From a bacterium (lineage in GTDB: Bacteria; Patescibacteriota; Minisyncoccia; Moranbacterales; UBA9337): DNA of 64,000 nucleotides. Position 1 is the first letter of the stretch. The number at the start of each line of letters is the position of its first letter. The notes below the pieces were generated by a model, which had not been told where the DNA came from, searched no databases, and worked only from the letters and a program-made list of their open reading frames with translations. The stretch covers positions 12,307 to 76,306 of the forward strand of contig JAGGSH010000011.1 in assembly GCA_021159185.1 (NCBI GenBank), given 5' to 3'. The position numbers were made by a program, and so were the translations under genes. Of this stretch, positions 28,945 through 38,667 are shown piece after piece.

Positions 28945-29303
28945 AAATGATATACAGAAAAGAAATGAGTTTTGATGTTGATTCAGACTCAGGAGACAGG
29001 GTTGAATTGACATCAGACCGAGGTGAATTATTCGGTGTAAATGTTGATGAAATCAATGATCACACCCGCACGAATGCACGTTGTAGTAAGTGCGGAAAGA
29101 TAAAAGATGGATATGGTAAAGGCGATTTTATTGTGTCAAGTATCATCAATGTTAACACAATGATTCCCGTTAACTTTAGTAAAAAGGTTAGCGAGGTAAT
29201 TGCAAAAACCATACAAGATAGCAGAGATCGCAATTTTATTTGTGACGATTGCATAAATCTTTTGAGTAAACTTTCAGAGGAGGATGTTGCACATGAGAGA
29301 TAA
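28941..29303 (+). CDS. Hypothetical 120-aa protein with a CxxC...CxxC zinc-ribbon-like motif
   Basis: CSKCGK...CDDCINLL, translationally coupled to the upstream ORF. Confidence 0.5.
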   Translation: MKMIYRKEMSFDVDSDSGDRVELTSDRGELFGVNVDEINDHTRTNARCSKCGKIKDGYGKGDFIVSSIINVNTMIPVNFSKKVSEVIAKTIQDSRDRNFICDDCINLLSKLSEEDVAHER

Positions 29304-29484
29304 AAAAACCGAGGCGAAAATCCGGCGGGAGAGGAAGAGACTCGCCCGCCAAAAAATAAAAGCTTCCCCAGAATATTTTCTGGGGATTGAGGACAGTATT
29401 ATTCCCGAAATGTGCGACTGTGGAAGAGTCGCCATGGAGGGAGTCGGCCAGTGCTTAGGATGCTTTAGGCGCTTGTCGTCATAG
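29293..29484 (+). CDS. Small basic protein (63 aa) with a CxC...CxxC motif
   Basis: Start MRDKKTEAK is chosen because GAGGAGG sits 9 nt upstream. It has an Arg/Lys-rich N-terminus and CDCGRVAMEGVGQCLGC. Confidence 0.45.
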   Translation: MRDKKTEAKIRRERKRLARQKIKASPEYFLGIEDSIIPEMCDCGRVAMEGVGQCLGCFRRLSS

Positions 29485-29687
29485 AATTCAGCCCAATCCC
29501 ATGGCTTAAAACCGGGACTGTAATATTTCGGGGAAGCACCGAAGTGCTGGTTTTTCAAAATTTCCGGCGGTCATTAAAAAATCTCGGACAAGAAAATTAA
29601 CATATTTCCTTGTCCTTCCAATCAAGATCGTAAAATGGTTTGCGGTTTTGACGGGAAGAAAAATAGACAACCAAAGGGAGGTGTAAT

Positions 29688-29909
29688 ATGGAAAGCATAT
29701 TTGGTTTGATTGAGATGATGGCAAAATGGGTATGGTCATTTTCTGTAGGAAAGTACATTGTTACCTTTACATTAACCTCGATGATAATCTGGCTGACCGT
29801 GATTCTTTTTGAGTCTCCCAAGATGACAGTGGAGAGAAAGGAAAGAGAATTAAGGGATGCAGAAAGAATAGCAGAAAGATATAAGGCATTGAGAAAGGAG
29901 GTAAAATGA
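29688..29909 (+). CDS. Small single-TM protein (73 aa) with a charged coiled-coil tail (holin-like or membrane anchor)
   Basis: SD gggagg. One hydrophobic helix, IVTFTLTSMIIWLTVILF, then ERKERELRDAERIAERYKALRKEVK. ATGA overlap with the next ORF. Confidence 0.45.
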   Translation: MESIFGLIEMMAKWVWSFSVGKYIVTFTLTSMIIWLTVILFESPKMTVERKERELRDAERIAERYKALRKEVK

Positions 29910-30175
29910 AAATGAAAAAGAAAAAAAATTGGAAGCCTCGTCTCCCGCGGGAGACGATTGAAACTCTCCGCCATCGCGGCGGAGCGCACGGAAGCCCCAA
30001 AGGAAAAAAGGGCTATAGCCGCCAGCGGGAAAAATCCGCTTGGCGCAAACAGATGGATAACAACTCCGTCTGTTTTTTTATTTCCCAAATCTCGACAAAC
30101 CGCTTCTGGTGTGATAAGCTGGGGATATTGAAAAATTATTTGGTTGCAAGAAGACTATTTGCCAATAAAACATAA
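29906..30175 (+). CDS. Small highly basic protein (89 aa)
   Basis: SD aaggagg. KKKKNWKPRLPRETIETLRHRGGAHGSPKGKKGYSRQREKSAWRK. Translationally coupled to the previous ORF. Confidence 0.45.
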   Translation: MKMKKKKNWKPRLPRETIETLRHRGGAHGSPKGKKGYSRQREKSAWRKQMDNNSVCFFISQISTNRFWCDKLGILKNYLVARRLFANKT

Positions 30176-30274
30176 ATTCAGATGCGTCTGAAAAAGTTGT
30201 AAAAAACAACAAAAGTTTCAAGTACACTTGAAACTTTTGAAGAATTGAAAAAGTATAATTGGTGAGCTGTTTTA

Positions 30275-30337
30275 TTACGCGTAGATTCCGGATATTTTTT
30301 CTTTCGCTGTCACTTTAGAAAAAATTCCGGAATGACA
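30275..30337. repeat. Family-1-related element (tacgcgtagattccggatat...aaaattccggaatgaca)
   Basis: Third copy of the unit also seen at 200-260 and 19125-19188. Confidence 0.65.
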
Positions 30338-30437
30338 TGGGGAAAGTAAGCGAAAAACTGTAAACAACGCCGTGAAATATAACACAAAAATCTATTCGTA
30401 TATTCGTATTTTAATTAGTAATCAGTAAAGAGTTACT

Positions 30438-31097
30438 ATGAACATTCAATATTATGGGCATTCTTGCTTTAAAATAACTGCCAGGCCGGCTGGGCGGGCT
30501 ACTGAAGAAGTGGCGGTTTTTATGGATCCTTTTGATAAATCCATCGGACTTAAGCCTCCTTTCGGCCGGGCGGATATTATTTTTATTTCCCACCAGCATC
30601 CCGACCATAATAATGTTTCAGCATTGAAAGGAAGTCCCATAATTATTGACACGCCGGGAGAATATTCGGTAAAAGAAATCAGCGCTATCGGGATAGATTC
30701 TTTTCATGACGAAAAAGAAGGCGCGGAGCGGGGACGCAACACGATTTTCGTTTTGGAAACTGAGAATATCAGGCTGTGCCACTTGGGAGATCTAGGAACT
30801 GATCTTAGCTTAAAACAATTGGAAAAAATGAACGGCGTGGATATTCTATTTATTCCCGTTGGCGGAAAATATACTATTGATGGAAAAAAAGCGGCGGAAA
30901 TTGCCCGCAAAATTGAACCGGCTATGATAATTCCCATGCATTACAAAGTGCCGAATCTAAAAATAGATATAACTGATGAGAAAATGTTTTGCTCTGAAAT
31001 AGGAAGCTGTCCCAAAGAAAAAATTTCTAAAATAAATTTAAAGAAAAAAGATTTGGAGGGAAAGAGTTTGGAAGTGATGTTGATGGAGGTGAAATAA
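30438..31097 (+). CDS. Metallo-beta-lactamase-fold metal-dependent hydrolase (UPF0173-like)
   Basis: YYGHSCFKI...IFISHQHPDHNN (HxHxDH motif) and MIIPMHY. Confidence 0.7.
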   Translation: MNIQYYGHSCFKITARPAGRATEEVAVFMDPFDKSIGLKPPFGRADIIFISHQHPDHNNVSALKGSPIIIDTPGEYSVKEISAIGIDSFHDEKEGAERGRNTIFVLETENIRLCHLGDLGTDLSLKQLEKMNGVDILFIPVGGKYTIDGKKAAEIARKIEPAMIIPMHYKVPNLKIDITDEKMFCSEIGSCPKEKISKINLKKKDLEGKSLEVMLMEVK

Positions 31098-31182
31098 AAA
31101 ACCCGCGAATATACAAATCTTTTTACAAATATATAAATCCTCTCGGGAAAATTTGTAGGTTTGTAACGGTATTTGTAAATTT

Positions 31183-31479
31183 GTGGGTAATATGGATTTA
31201 AATAAAAAAATAGATGAAATAAGAAGCAAGCCGGAGCATATCCGTCTTCGTTATGTTTGGGGAGCGGTGGGGATATGTATGACATTTGTTTTGGTTCTCT
31301 GGGTATTCTCTGTAAGAGAAACTATAAAAACTATGAGCAATCAGGTGAAATCTTCAGGAAGCTGTATGACGGATTTTAAAAAGAAATTTGATGAGCAAGG
31401 TAAAGAAGAAGCGCCTTCCATTGGAGAAATATTAGATCAAACCGGTCAAAAACTGGAAGCGGGAATGTCTAACAACTAA
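31183..31479 (+). CDS. Small single-TM hypothetical protein upstream of gyrA
   Basis: 98 aa, with the TM helix YVWGAVGICMTFVLVLWVF. Confidence 0.4.
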   Translation: MGNMDLNKKIDEIRSKPEHIRLRYVWGAVGICMTFVLVLWVFSVRETIKTMSNQVKSSGSCMTDFKKKFDEQGKEEAPSIGEILDQTGQKLEAGMSNN

Positions 31480-31516
31480 CAACCTATAACTGACAATTTA
31501 CAGCCAAATAATTAAG

Positions 31517-33967
31517 ATGAATAAAATTGAAACCAGCAAACAAAAAAACATACAACCGCGAAAAATAACCGAGGAAGTCCAGCAATCCTATTTAGACTAT
31601 GCTATGAGCGTTATTGTGACGCGCGCTTTGCCGGATGTCCGGGACGGGCTTAAGCCGGTTCACCGCCGCATACTTTATTCCATGTGGAACACGGGGTTGA
31701 AATCCGGCGGAAGATTTAAAAAATCCGCTACCGTAGTTGGCGAAGTGCTGGGTAAATTCCATCCTCACGGAGATTCAGCGGTTTACTGTTCAATGGTGCG
31801 TATGGCTCAAGATTTTTCAATGAGATACCCGTTAATATGGGGTCAGGGAAACTTTGGATCAATGGATGGAGATAGCGCGGCTGCTTATCGTTATACTGAA
31901 GCAAAATTGGCGACTATTGCCGAGGAAATGCTCACCGATATTGAAAAAGACACGGTTGATTTCGTTCCCAATTTTGACGGAACGCACAAAGAGCCGTCCA
32001 TTCTTCCCGCCAAACTTCCCCAATTACTGCTCAATGGAACTATGGGAATTGCGGTGGGAATGGCCACCAATATCCCCCCCCATAATTTAAACGAGCTGGC
32101 GAACGCCATTATCTGCCTTATTGATAATCCAAAAGCGGATATTGATAACCTGATGAGATTTATAAAAGGTCCGGACTTTCCTACCGGCGGAATAATTTAC
32201 AATACCAAAGACATTAAAGAAGCTTATTCAACCGGAAGAGGAAAAATTATCACTCGAGCCAAAGCTAATATTGTGGAAGTTAAGTCGGGAATTTTTCACA
32301 TTATTATCAGTGAGATAACTTACGCTACCAATAAGGCGACGCTGATTGCTAAAATAGCCCAATTGGTAAAAGACGGAAAGATTAATGGAATAAAAGACTT
32401 GCGCGACGAATCCGATAAAGACGGAGTCAGAATCGTCATAGAACTTAAAAAAGACGCTTACCCCCAAAAAGTTTTAAACAAGCTTTATTCCACTACCGAT
32501 TTGCAAAAAAACTTTAATGTCAATATGCTGGCGTTAGTTAACGGAATTGAACCGCAAGTGCTTAATCTGAAATCTATTTTAGAGTATTATATTGAACATC
32601 GCCGTGTGATTGTTACGCGTCGCGCTCAATATGATCTTAAGAAAGCCAGAGAAAGAGCCCATATCCTGGAAGGTCTCAAAAAAGCGCTGGATCATATTGA
32701 CGCTGTAATTAAAATTATCAAAAAATCAGCCACCAAAAATGAAGCGCATAAAAACCTGGTGAAAAAGTTTAAACTTTCCGATATTCAAGCTGAGGCTATT
32801 TTAGAGATGAAGCTTCAAGCCCTTGCCGGACTGGAAAGAAAAAAGATAGAAGATGAATTAAAAGAAAAGAAAAAGTTAATTGGCGAGTTGGAATCTTTGC
32901 TTAAAAGCCAAATAAAAATTTTAGAGATAATTAAAAAAGAATTATTGGAAGTCAAGGAAAAATACGGAAATGAGCGCAAAACCAAAGCGATGCGCGGAGG
33001 AGTTGGAGAATTTAAAGAAGAAGATCTTGTTCCCAATGAAGAAGCTATCATCACGCTCACGCAAAACGGCTACATTAAAAGAATGGCTCCATCCGCTTAT
33101 CATGTGCAAAAACGCGGAGGAAAAGGAGTTATCGGAGCCGTAGCCAAAAATAGTGATGTGATAAAGCAAGTAAGCGCCGTATTGACCCACGATAATTTAA
33201 TGTTTTTTACCGATACGGGAAAGGTTTATCAAATTAAAGCTTATGAGATTCCTCAATCACAGCGGACAGCCAAAGGGCAGGCTATTGTAAATTTTTTGCA
33301 ACTGGCTACCAATGAAAAAATAACCGAAATGATCGCTTTCAATAAAGATGACAATTACAAATACTTATTTATGGCTACTGAGAAAGGAGTTGTTAAAAAA
33401 TCCAATCTTGAAGATTTCGGCAATGTTCGCCTTAGCGGACTTGTCGCCATTAAATTAAGCCAGAATGATAAATTAAACTGGGTAAAACCAACTACGGGAA
33501 ATGATGTAATAAGCATCACTACCGCCTTTGGACAAGCTATTAAATTTAAAGAATCGGATGTGAGAGCTATGGGAAGAGGCGCCGCCGGCGTAAGAGGAAT
33601 AAGATTGAAAACAGATGATTATGCTGTTGGAATGGACGCTGTCCTTAAAAGGCAAAAAGGAAACCAGCTTATGGTTATCGCTGAAAACGGATACGGCAAA
33701 AGAAGCAACCTTAATTTATACAAAATTCAAAAGCGGGGCGGATCTGGCATTAAAACCGCTAAAGTAACCGCCAAAACGGGAAAACTGATCGGAGCCAATA
33801 TTGTTAATGCTGATGATATTGAAGGCGATCTGATAATTACTTCCGAGAAAGGACAAATTATTAGAATTCCACTTAAAAGTATCCCTGTTTTAGGACGCGC
33901 CACGCAGGGCGTGCGCGTTATGAGACCAAGCGCCGGAGACAAAGTTTCCGCTTCAGCCGTTTTATAA
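31517..33967 (+). CDS. gyrA: DNA gyrase subunit A
   Basis: [30 protein letters not shown], the active-site Tyr region, and C-terminal beta-pinwheel repeats. Confidence 0.95.
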   Translation: MNKIETSKQKNIQPRKITEEVQQSYLDYAMSVIVTRALPDVRDGLKPVHRRILYSMWNTGLKSGGRFKKSATVVGEVLGKFHPHGDSAVYCSMVRMAQDFSMRYPLIWGQGNFGSMDGDSAAAYRYTEAKLATIAEEMLTDIEKDTVDFVPNFDGTHKEPSILPAKLPQLLLNGTMGIAVGMATNIPPHNLNELANAIICLIDNPKADIDNLMRFIKGPDFPTGGIIYNTKDIKEAYSTGRGKIITRAKANIVEVKSGIFHIIISEITYATNKATLIAKIAQLVKDGKINGIKDLRDESDKDGVRIVIELKKDAYPQKVLNKLYSTTDLQKNFNVNMLALVNGIEPQVLNLKSILEYYIEHRRVIVTRRAQYDLKKARERAHILEGLKKALDHIDAVIKIIKKSATKNEAHKNLVKKFKLSDIQAEAILEMKLQALAGLERKKIEDELKEKKKLIGELESLLKSQIKILEIIKKELLEVKEKYGNERKTKAMRGGVGEFKEEDLVPNEEAIITLTQNGYIKRMAPSAYHVQKRGGKGVIGAVAKNSDVIKQVSAVLTHDNLMFFTDTGKVYQIKAYEIPQSQRTAKGQAIVNFLQLATNEKITEMIAFNKDDNYKYLFMATEKGVVKKSNLEDFGNVRLSGLVAIKLSQNDKLNWVKPTTGNDVISITTAFGQAIKFKESDVRAMGRGAAGVRGIRLKTDDYAVGMDAVLKRQKGNQLMVIAENGYGKRSNLNLYKIQKRGGSGIKTAKVTAKTGKLIGANIVNADDIEGDLIITSEKGQIIRIPLKSIPVLGRATQGVRVMRPSAGDKVSASAVL

Positions 33968-34156
33968 ATTTTCTTGCCAAAAAAGGACTTTAGTGATAGC
34001 GTATAAACAGATTGAAGTAAGAAGTGAGAAGTAAGCTAAAAATGCTTATGGCTTGTCGCCTACTTCTTATCGCTTATTAAATATTTAATCAGCAGACATT
34101 GGTTTTCGGTTTTGTGATTTTTTACAGCCGGAACGAATGTTTAGCTAAATAAAAAT

Positions 34157-34426
34157 ATGGCTTTAAACGCCAAGCAAAAAGAAAGAGTGACTAAGGAAGT
34201 AAAAAGGCATGTCAAAGATTCCGGATCACCGGAATATCAAATCGCTCTTTTTACCGAAAAAATTAAGAAACTCACCGCGCATCTTAAGAAAAATAAAAAA
34301 GACATTCATTCTAGGCGAGGTCTTTTAAAAATGGTTTCCAAAAGGCGGAAATTAATGTCTTATCTCCGAAGATCCAATGAGAAAGCTTACAAAAAACTAA
34401 TTAAAAAGCTTAAGATTAAAGGGTAA
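34157..34426 (+). CDS. rpsO: 30S ribosomal protein S15
   Basis: 89 aa, [48 protein letters not shown]. Confidence 0.9.
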   Translation: MALNAKQKERVTKEVKRHVKDSGSPEYQIALFTEKIKKLTAHLKKNKKDIHSRRGLLKMVSKRRKLMSYLRRSNEKAYKKLIKKLKIKG

Positions 34427-34440
34427 GCGCATTCTCTTTA

Positions 34441-34524
34441 TGTCATTCCCGACTCGGTCGGGAATCTAGAATAAAATCGCTGGCTTAAAAAATTACTCTA
34501 GATTTCCGTTTTCGCGGGAATAAC
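34441..34524. repeat. Family-1 MITE-like element
   Basis: tgtcattcccgactcggtcgggaatctagaataaaatcgctggcttaaaaaattactctagatttccgttttcgcgggaataaca. Confidence 0.7.
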
Positions 34525-34545
34525 AAGGGAAAATATTAACATTTT

Positions 34546-35043
34546 ATGTCTAAATTTAAAGAACAGCGCGTGGGCGTGCTGGTTGACATTCAGAATTTAT
34601 ATTACAGCGCCAAGGTTTTGCACAATAAAAAAGTTAATTTTAAAGGCGTGCTGGATGAAGGTGTTTCAGGGAGGAAATTAATTCGCGCTGTGGCTTATGG
34701 CATCCGCACTTTGGAGGGTTCGGAGGAGAAATTTCTAGAGGCTTTGGAAAAACACGGATTTGAAGTTAGGACCAAAGACTTGCAAATTTTTCCCGGCGGA
34801 GCCAAGAAAGGCGATTGGGATGTGGGAATCGCGGTGGACGCCATTAAAATGTCCAAGAGCCTGGATGTGATTGTTTTGGTTTCCGGCGACGGAGACTATA
34901 TTCCCGTCGTGGAGTATGTTCAAAACACTACCGGTTGCCGTGTGGAAGGAATCGCTTTTCTGGAATCCACCAGCGCCAAATTAGTGGAAAGACTGGACGA
35001 TTTTACAAACTTGTCGGAAAATAAGAGGAAGTTTTTAATATAA
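34546..35043 (+). CDS. NYN-domain (LabA-like, PIN-related) protein
   Basis: VGVLVDIQNLYY...DVIVLVSGDGDYIPVVEYVQNTTGCRVEGIAF, the NYN/LabA signature with conserved acidic residues. Confidence 0.7.
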   Translation: MSKFKEQRVGVLVDIQNLYYSAKVLHNKKVNFKGVLDEGVSGRKLIRAVAYGIRTLEGSEEKFLEALEKHGFEVRTKDLQIFPGGAKKGDWDVGIAVDAIKMSKSLDVIVLVSGDGDYIPVVEYVQNTTGCRVEGIAFLESTSAKLVERLDDFTNLSENKRKFLI

Positions 35044-35056
35044 ATTTTGTAAATAT

Positions 35057-35096
35057 AAAACCGCTTCGACGAAGTTCCGTCAAAGCGGTTTTTTTA
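35057..35096. terminator. Bidirectional rho-independent terminator (aaaaccgctt...aagcggtttttttt)
   Basis: Stem-loop with a T-run after the NYN gene. Confidence 0.6.
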
Positions 35097-35719
35097 TTAG
35101 CTTATCCATTCGTTGCAGTAAAGCTTAGTCGGAATTCCCGGCTTTAGCTTTAAAGTGCAACATATTGGGAGATTCGGTCTTCTCCCGCGGGTTTTTCTTG
35201 GGAAAGAAAAGCGAATCACTCCTTTTTGTATTCTCGCCCGAGACAAAACTTTCCTAACCAGCTCCGCGCTTGCCAAAAAAGTTTCATCTTTTTTTGTTAT
35301 ATCTCCTTCATTTTCTGAAAAAATACCGAAGAGAAGAGAGATAAGCTCGTCCAGCGAGCTCAAAAAGTTATTATTTGTATATTTGCTTTTAGAACAACAG
35401 CAGCATGAAAGTCCTTTTACCGGGATTTTCCCTGCAATTTTCCATTCCTCTTGAAACATATTTGCCATATTCACTCTCCATTTTCTGAAAAACTTAATTG
35501 TTTTTTTCTAGTTCATTACTTACCTCTAAATGCGCTTTGGACGAAAAATTCACTTTTCTCCTTTCCAGTTTTCCTGTAATTAGTGAAACTCCGTTGATGA
35601 AAACCTTGCTTGATTCTTGCTGTTCCTTTAAAACATCTTCAGAATTTTTAAAAATATTCTTTTTTGGCTTTTGCGATTCCAATTTTCTTCCCCTTTCTAT
35701 TTTTATTTGTCAAAAAACT

Positions 35720-35803
35720 AGCTCACTTGTGCCTTGGGAGAGACTCGAACTCTCAATCTCTTGCGAGAACTAGTTCCTAAGACTAGCGTGTATACCAATT
35801 CCA
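35720..35803 (-). tRNA. tRNA-Leu (anticodon TAG), type II with a long variable arm
   Basis: Manual fold: acceptor GCCTTGG/CCAAGGC, anticodon loop CTTAGGA, long variable arm, T-loop GTTCGAGTC. 84 nt. Confidence 0.75.
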
Positions 35804-35875
35804 CCACCAAGGCAAAACACCACTCGTAAAATTCTATTCCACTTTTTAATTTTTGGCAACTATTTAGCCGGTTAT

Positions 35876-36169
35876 TTAGCCGATTATTGTTTTAATTCTA
35901 TCCGCTTCTTTTTTTAGCGCGCCGTCTTCTTCATACTCTCCGTGATGGCGGGTGGAATCTCCGTAAGTTTCTTTCTTTTGGTCTAAGTGAATATTAATTA
36001 TAAGATTGCCGCTATCCGCGTACGCGTAAATATGAAAACGGGGATAACCGCCTCGCGCCAGCGGCCTGATGAAGCTCATTTCTTCCCCTATATGCCGCTG
36101 GAAAATATAGCCGGCGCGCCGCAAAAAACTGGCCGGATTTTCTTTGATATTGTTGATTATGATTTTCAT
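35876..36169 (-). CDS. Hypothetical protein (97 aa) between tRNA genes
   Basis: ORF with no recognised family. Confidence 0.35.
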   Translation of the reverse strand: MKIIINNIKENPASFLRRAGYIFQRHIGEEMSFIRPLARGGYPRFHIYAYADSGNLIINIHLDQKKETYGDSTRHHGEYEEDGALKKEADRIKTIIG

Positions 36170-36493
36170 AATTGATTTTTGAATTTTTTTAAAGTGGAAA
36201 ATAACATTGATTTCCCGCTTTAGATTTTAGTCTAATACAGGGTAAATTCTTATACGACCTTCCTTTCTTTTAGCCTCTTCTTCTAATAATTTTAGAAGTG
36301 GCTTTCGCATTATCTCTAGATCTAGATTTTTTTAGTAGATTTCTTAATTTTAGTTGGCACGTAAATTGACGATAATGGTGATAATGGTTTTAGCTTTATT
36401 TTTTCCTCCATTTTTTTTCATTTTTTTAAAAAAGAACTTTAAAATAATTCCTGATTACTAATTGCTAGTTACTGATTCCTAATTATTATTTTG

Positions 36494-36577
36494 TGCCTTG
36501 GGCGAGACTTGAACTCGCATGGGATTGCTCCCACTAGCTCCTGAAGCTAGCGCGTCTGCCAATTCCGCCACCAAGGC
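36494..36577 (-). tRNA. tRNA-Leu (anticodon CAG), type II
   Basis: Acceptor GCCTTGG/CCAAGGC, anticodon loop TTCAGGA, long variable arm, T-loop GTTCAAGTC. Confidence 0.75.
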
Positions 36578-36592
36578 GATATGGTGTTTTTG

Positions 36593-36663
36593 TCGGACTG
36601 CCGAGAATCGAACTCGGTCTACGCCCACCCGAAGGGCGCGTACTGCCGGTATACTACAGTCCG
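36593..36663 (-). tRNA. tRNA-Pro (anticodon CGG)
   Basis: Acceptor CGGACTG/CAGTCCG, D-stem GTAT/GTAC, anticodon stem CGCCC/GGGCG with loop TTCGGGT, T-arm CCGAG-TTCGATT-CTCGG. 71 nt. Confidence 0.75.
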
Positions 36664-36680
36664 AAAACGCGAATTTTAAA

Positions 36681-37316
36681 CTATGCTATTTCTTCCGCCA
36701 CTCTTTCCAAAATATCAACCGCTTTTTCGTTTTTTTCTAATTCACTCACTGATTTTACTATATCTTCCGCCATATTCGCAAGCGCCGGCAAGCTGGACGC
36801 GAATTTTTTTATTATTTTACTGTCGGGCTTTTGGCTGATATATTCCGCCAGAATAGCGTACCAAAGTTTGAATGTTTCACGAGAAATATTTATTCCCGTA
36901 TCAATTTCGGGAGGATTTCTAAAAAAATCCGCCAGTTCTTTCCAATTATTATACTGGCCGTAGATAATTTTATCTTCCAGCAATTTTGACGGAATACACG
37001 CTAAATCTGCCGTTTCGTCCAGCGAATAAAAGCCATACCGGCCTAAAATTTCTTCCCTTTTCGCGTCACAATACAAATGAAATTTCCAGCCAGCCTGAAA
37101 AGATGACAAGCCGCTGAAAGTTAAATCAACTGAACTGAAAACGGAATGGGTGTCGCTCCTTTTTATATTTTCCGCCACTCTTCTGATATCCGGAAAAACC
37201 GTTCCCAAAATGAATTCATTCCCGTTAATTTTGTTAGAGGGATGCTTATCCAAATATTTTTTCGCGTAAACGATGTGGGAAATTTGAGAAGCCATAAATT
37301 TGGCGTTAATAATCAT
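36681..37316 (-). CDS. Hypothetical protein (211 aa)
   Basis: Intact ORF with no recognised motif. Confidence 0.4.
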   Translation of the reverse strand: MIINAKFMASQISHIVYAKKYLDKHPSNKINGNEFILGTVFPDIRRVAENIKRSDTHSVFSSVDLTFSGLSSFQAGWKFHLYCDAKREEILGRYGFYSLDETADLACIPSKLLEDKIIYGQYNNWKELADFFRNPPEIDTGINISRETFKLWYAILAEYISQKPDSKIIKKFASSLPALANMAEDIVKSVSELEKNEKAVDILERVAEEIA

Positions 37317-37323
37317 CTTAACT

Positions 37324-38037
37324 TCACGAAAGCGATTCTTGGTAATTTTTGAGTTGAAATATCGTTTCTTTTTTTAAATTTTGCCTGATCCAATTTTTTT
37401 CTTTTTCGTTTACCAATTCTCCCAATCCTTCTAAAAGCTTTTTGTTTGGCATTTTTTCAATGGCTTTGACGCAGTCCGCCAAATATTCCGCCGTATTTTT
37501 TCCGGTTTTTTTCTTTATTGCCTCCCCGTCAATATCCCATTTATTTTTCGCGAAAAAATAAATATCATACACATCGCGCGAAACCATAAACTTCCTGTCA
37601 ATAAGCGCTACCAATTTCATTGCGAACGCGTAACTTTGCTTGGCGGCTAAAACCGAAATACCAGCGTATTCTTTAATTTCATAATATTTTTTCAAGTTTT
37701 TCGCGCCGGTTCTGATTGATATTTCAATTTTAATATTATGGTCATCCTGTCCATATGACAAAAGCGTAAAAATTGTGTGCCGTTTAATTCTCGCGTCTTT
37801 AACGGTTCCATATTTTTCCGCTATTTTTTTTATTTTTCCTAAAACCTTTTCATAATCAAAATCTTCTCTGTCATCCAGTAAATCAAAATCCAAGTCCACG
37901 GAAAAGCGCGCCAATCCGTAAAAAAAATAAGCGCAAGTCCCGCCCTTAAAACCCAAAAGGGGCGCTAATGTGGTAGTGGTGTATATTTCCCTGATAATTT
38001 CACCCATTATTAAACGATGCTTTTGTTTATTGAGCAT
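37324..38037 (-). CDS. Nucleotidyltransferase AbiEii/AbiGii toxin family (DUF1814), type IV TA toxin
   Basis: GFKGGTCAYFFYGLARFSVDLDFDL, the AbiEii signature. The start overlaps the upstream antitoxin gene by 11 nt. Confidence 0.7.
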   Translation of the reverse strand: MLNKQKHRLIMGEIIREIYTTTTLAPLLGFKGGTCAYFFYGLARFSVDLDFDLLDDREDFDYEKVLGKIKKIAEKYGTVKDARIKRHTIFTLLSYGQDDHNIKIEISIRTGAKNLKKYYEIKEYAGISVLAAKQSYAFAMKLVALIDRKFMVSRDVYDIYFFAKNKWDIDGEAIKKKTGKNTAEYLADCVKAIEKMPNKKLLEGLGELVNEKEKNWIRQNLKKETIFQLKNYQESLS

Positions 38038-38635
38038 ATTTCTGTTCGTATATTCTTAAGTGTTTTACTAATTGCTTGCTTTGATAAATTTCGGCCATTT
38101 CAAAACATTTTTTCCAATCAAGTGAATCTAGATTGTCAAAATAATAATCCCCAAGCAAATATATCGTATCCAAAAAAGCTCTTTCGGGTAAAGCTATACT
38201 GAAATTATCTTTGTTTATAACACCAGCAGGATTATATAGAACCGATTTCTTCAAGCGGCGAAAAGCGAACTTATTTTTTCCTATTTGCAGATTTTTTGAC
38301 CAAGGAGCGGCAACAAAAATTGTTTCGTAATGTTGAAAAATCATACCGGCATCACGCAAAACCGTTTCAAAACTGATGTACGAAGGAGAATATAAACTGG
38401 TTGCCAATTCTCTTGAATTATACTCCATGGTTTTTGCGTAAACTCCCCGCCAAAGGCGAAAAAGATAACCTTTTTTTGTGTAATAATAAATTTTAGTTTT
38501 AAGCTTATTCGGACTGGTTTCTCCCCAAATTAAAGCCAGCTCTTTAGAGGTAAAAACTGTTTTTAAACTTCCATGCAATTTCAATATGGAATTATCCATT
38601 CTTATAATGCAAGTGTTAATTTTTAACACTTCCAT
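38027..38635 (-). CDS. AbiEi-family antitoxin/transcriptional regulator
   Basis: FTSKELALIW...YYYTKKGYLFRLWRGVYA...YSPSYISFETVLRDAGMIFQ resembles the N- and C-domains of AbiEi antitoxins, and it sits upstream of and overlapping the toxin. Confidence 0.6.
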   Translation of the reverse strand: MEVLKINTCIIRMDNSILKLHGSLKTVFTSKELALIWGETSPNKLKTKIYYYTKKGYLFRLWRGVYAKTMEYNSRELATSLYSPSYISFETVLRDAGMIFQHYETIFVAAPWSKNLQIGKNKFAFRRLKKSVLYNPAGVINKDNFSIALPERAFLDTIYLLGDYYFDNLDSLDWKKCFEMAEIYQSKQLVKHLRIYEQKYAQ

Positions 38636-38667
38636 TATACATCATTGAAATAATTTTGTCAAGTAAA

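Noticed and set aside
35097-35474. 125-aa minus-strand ORF (and the overlapping 99-aa plus-strand ORF at 35155-35454)
   Set aside because: Two mutually exclusive overlapping ORFs with no motif and an odd CCCC run. Kept only as a low-confidence hypothetical, and the plus-strand one is discarded.
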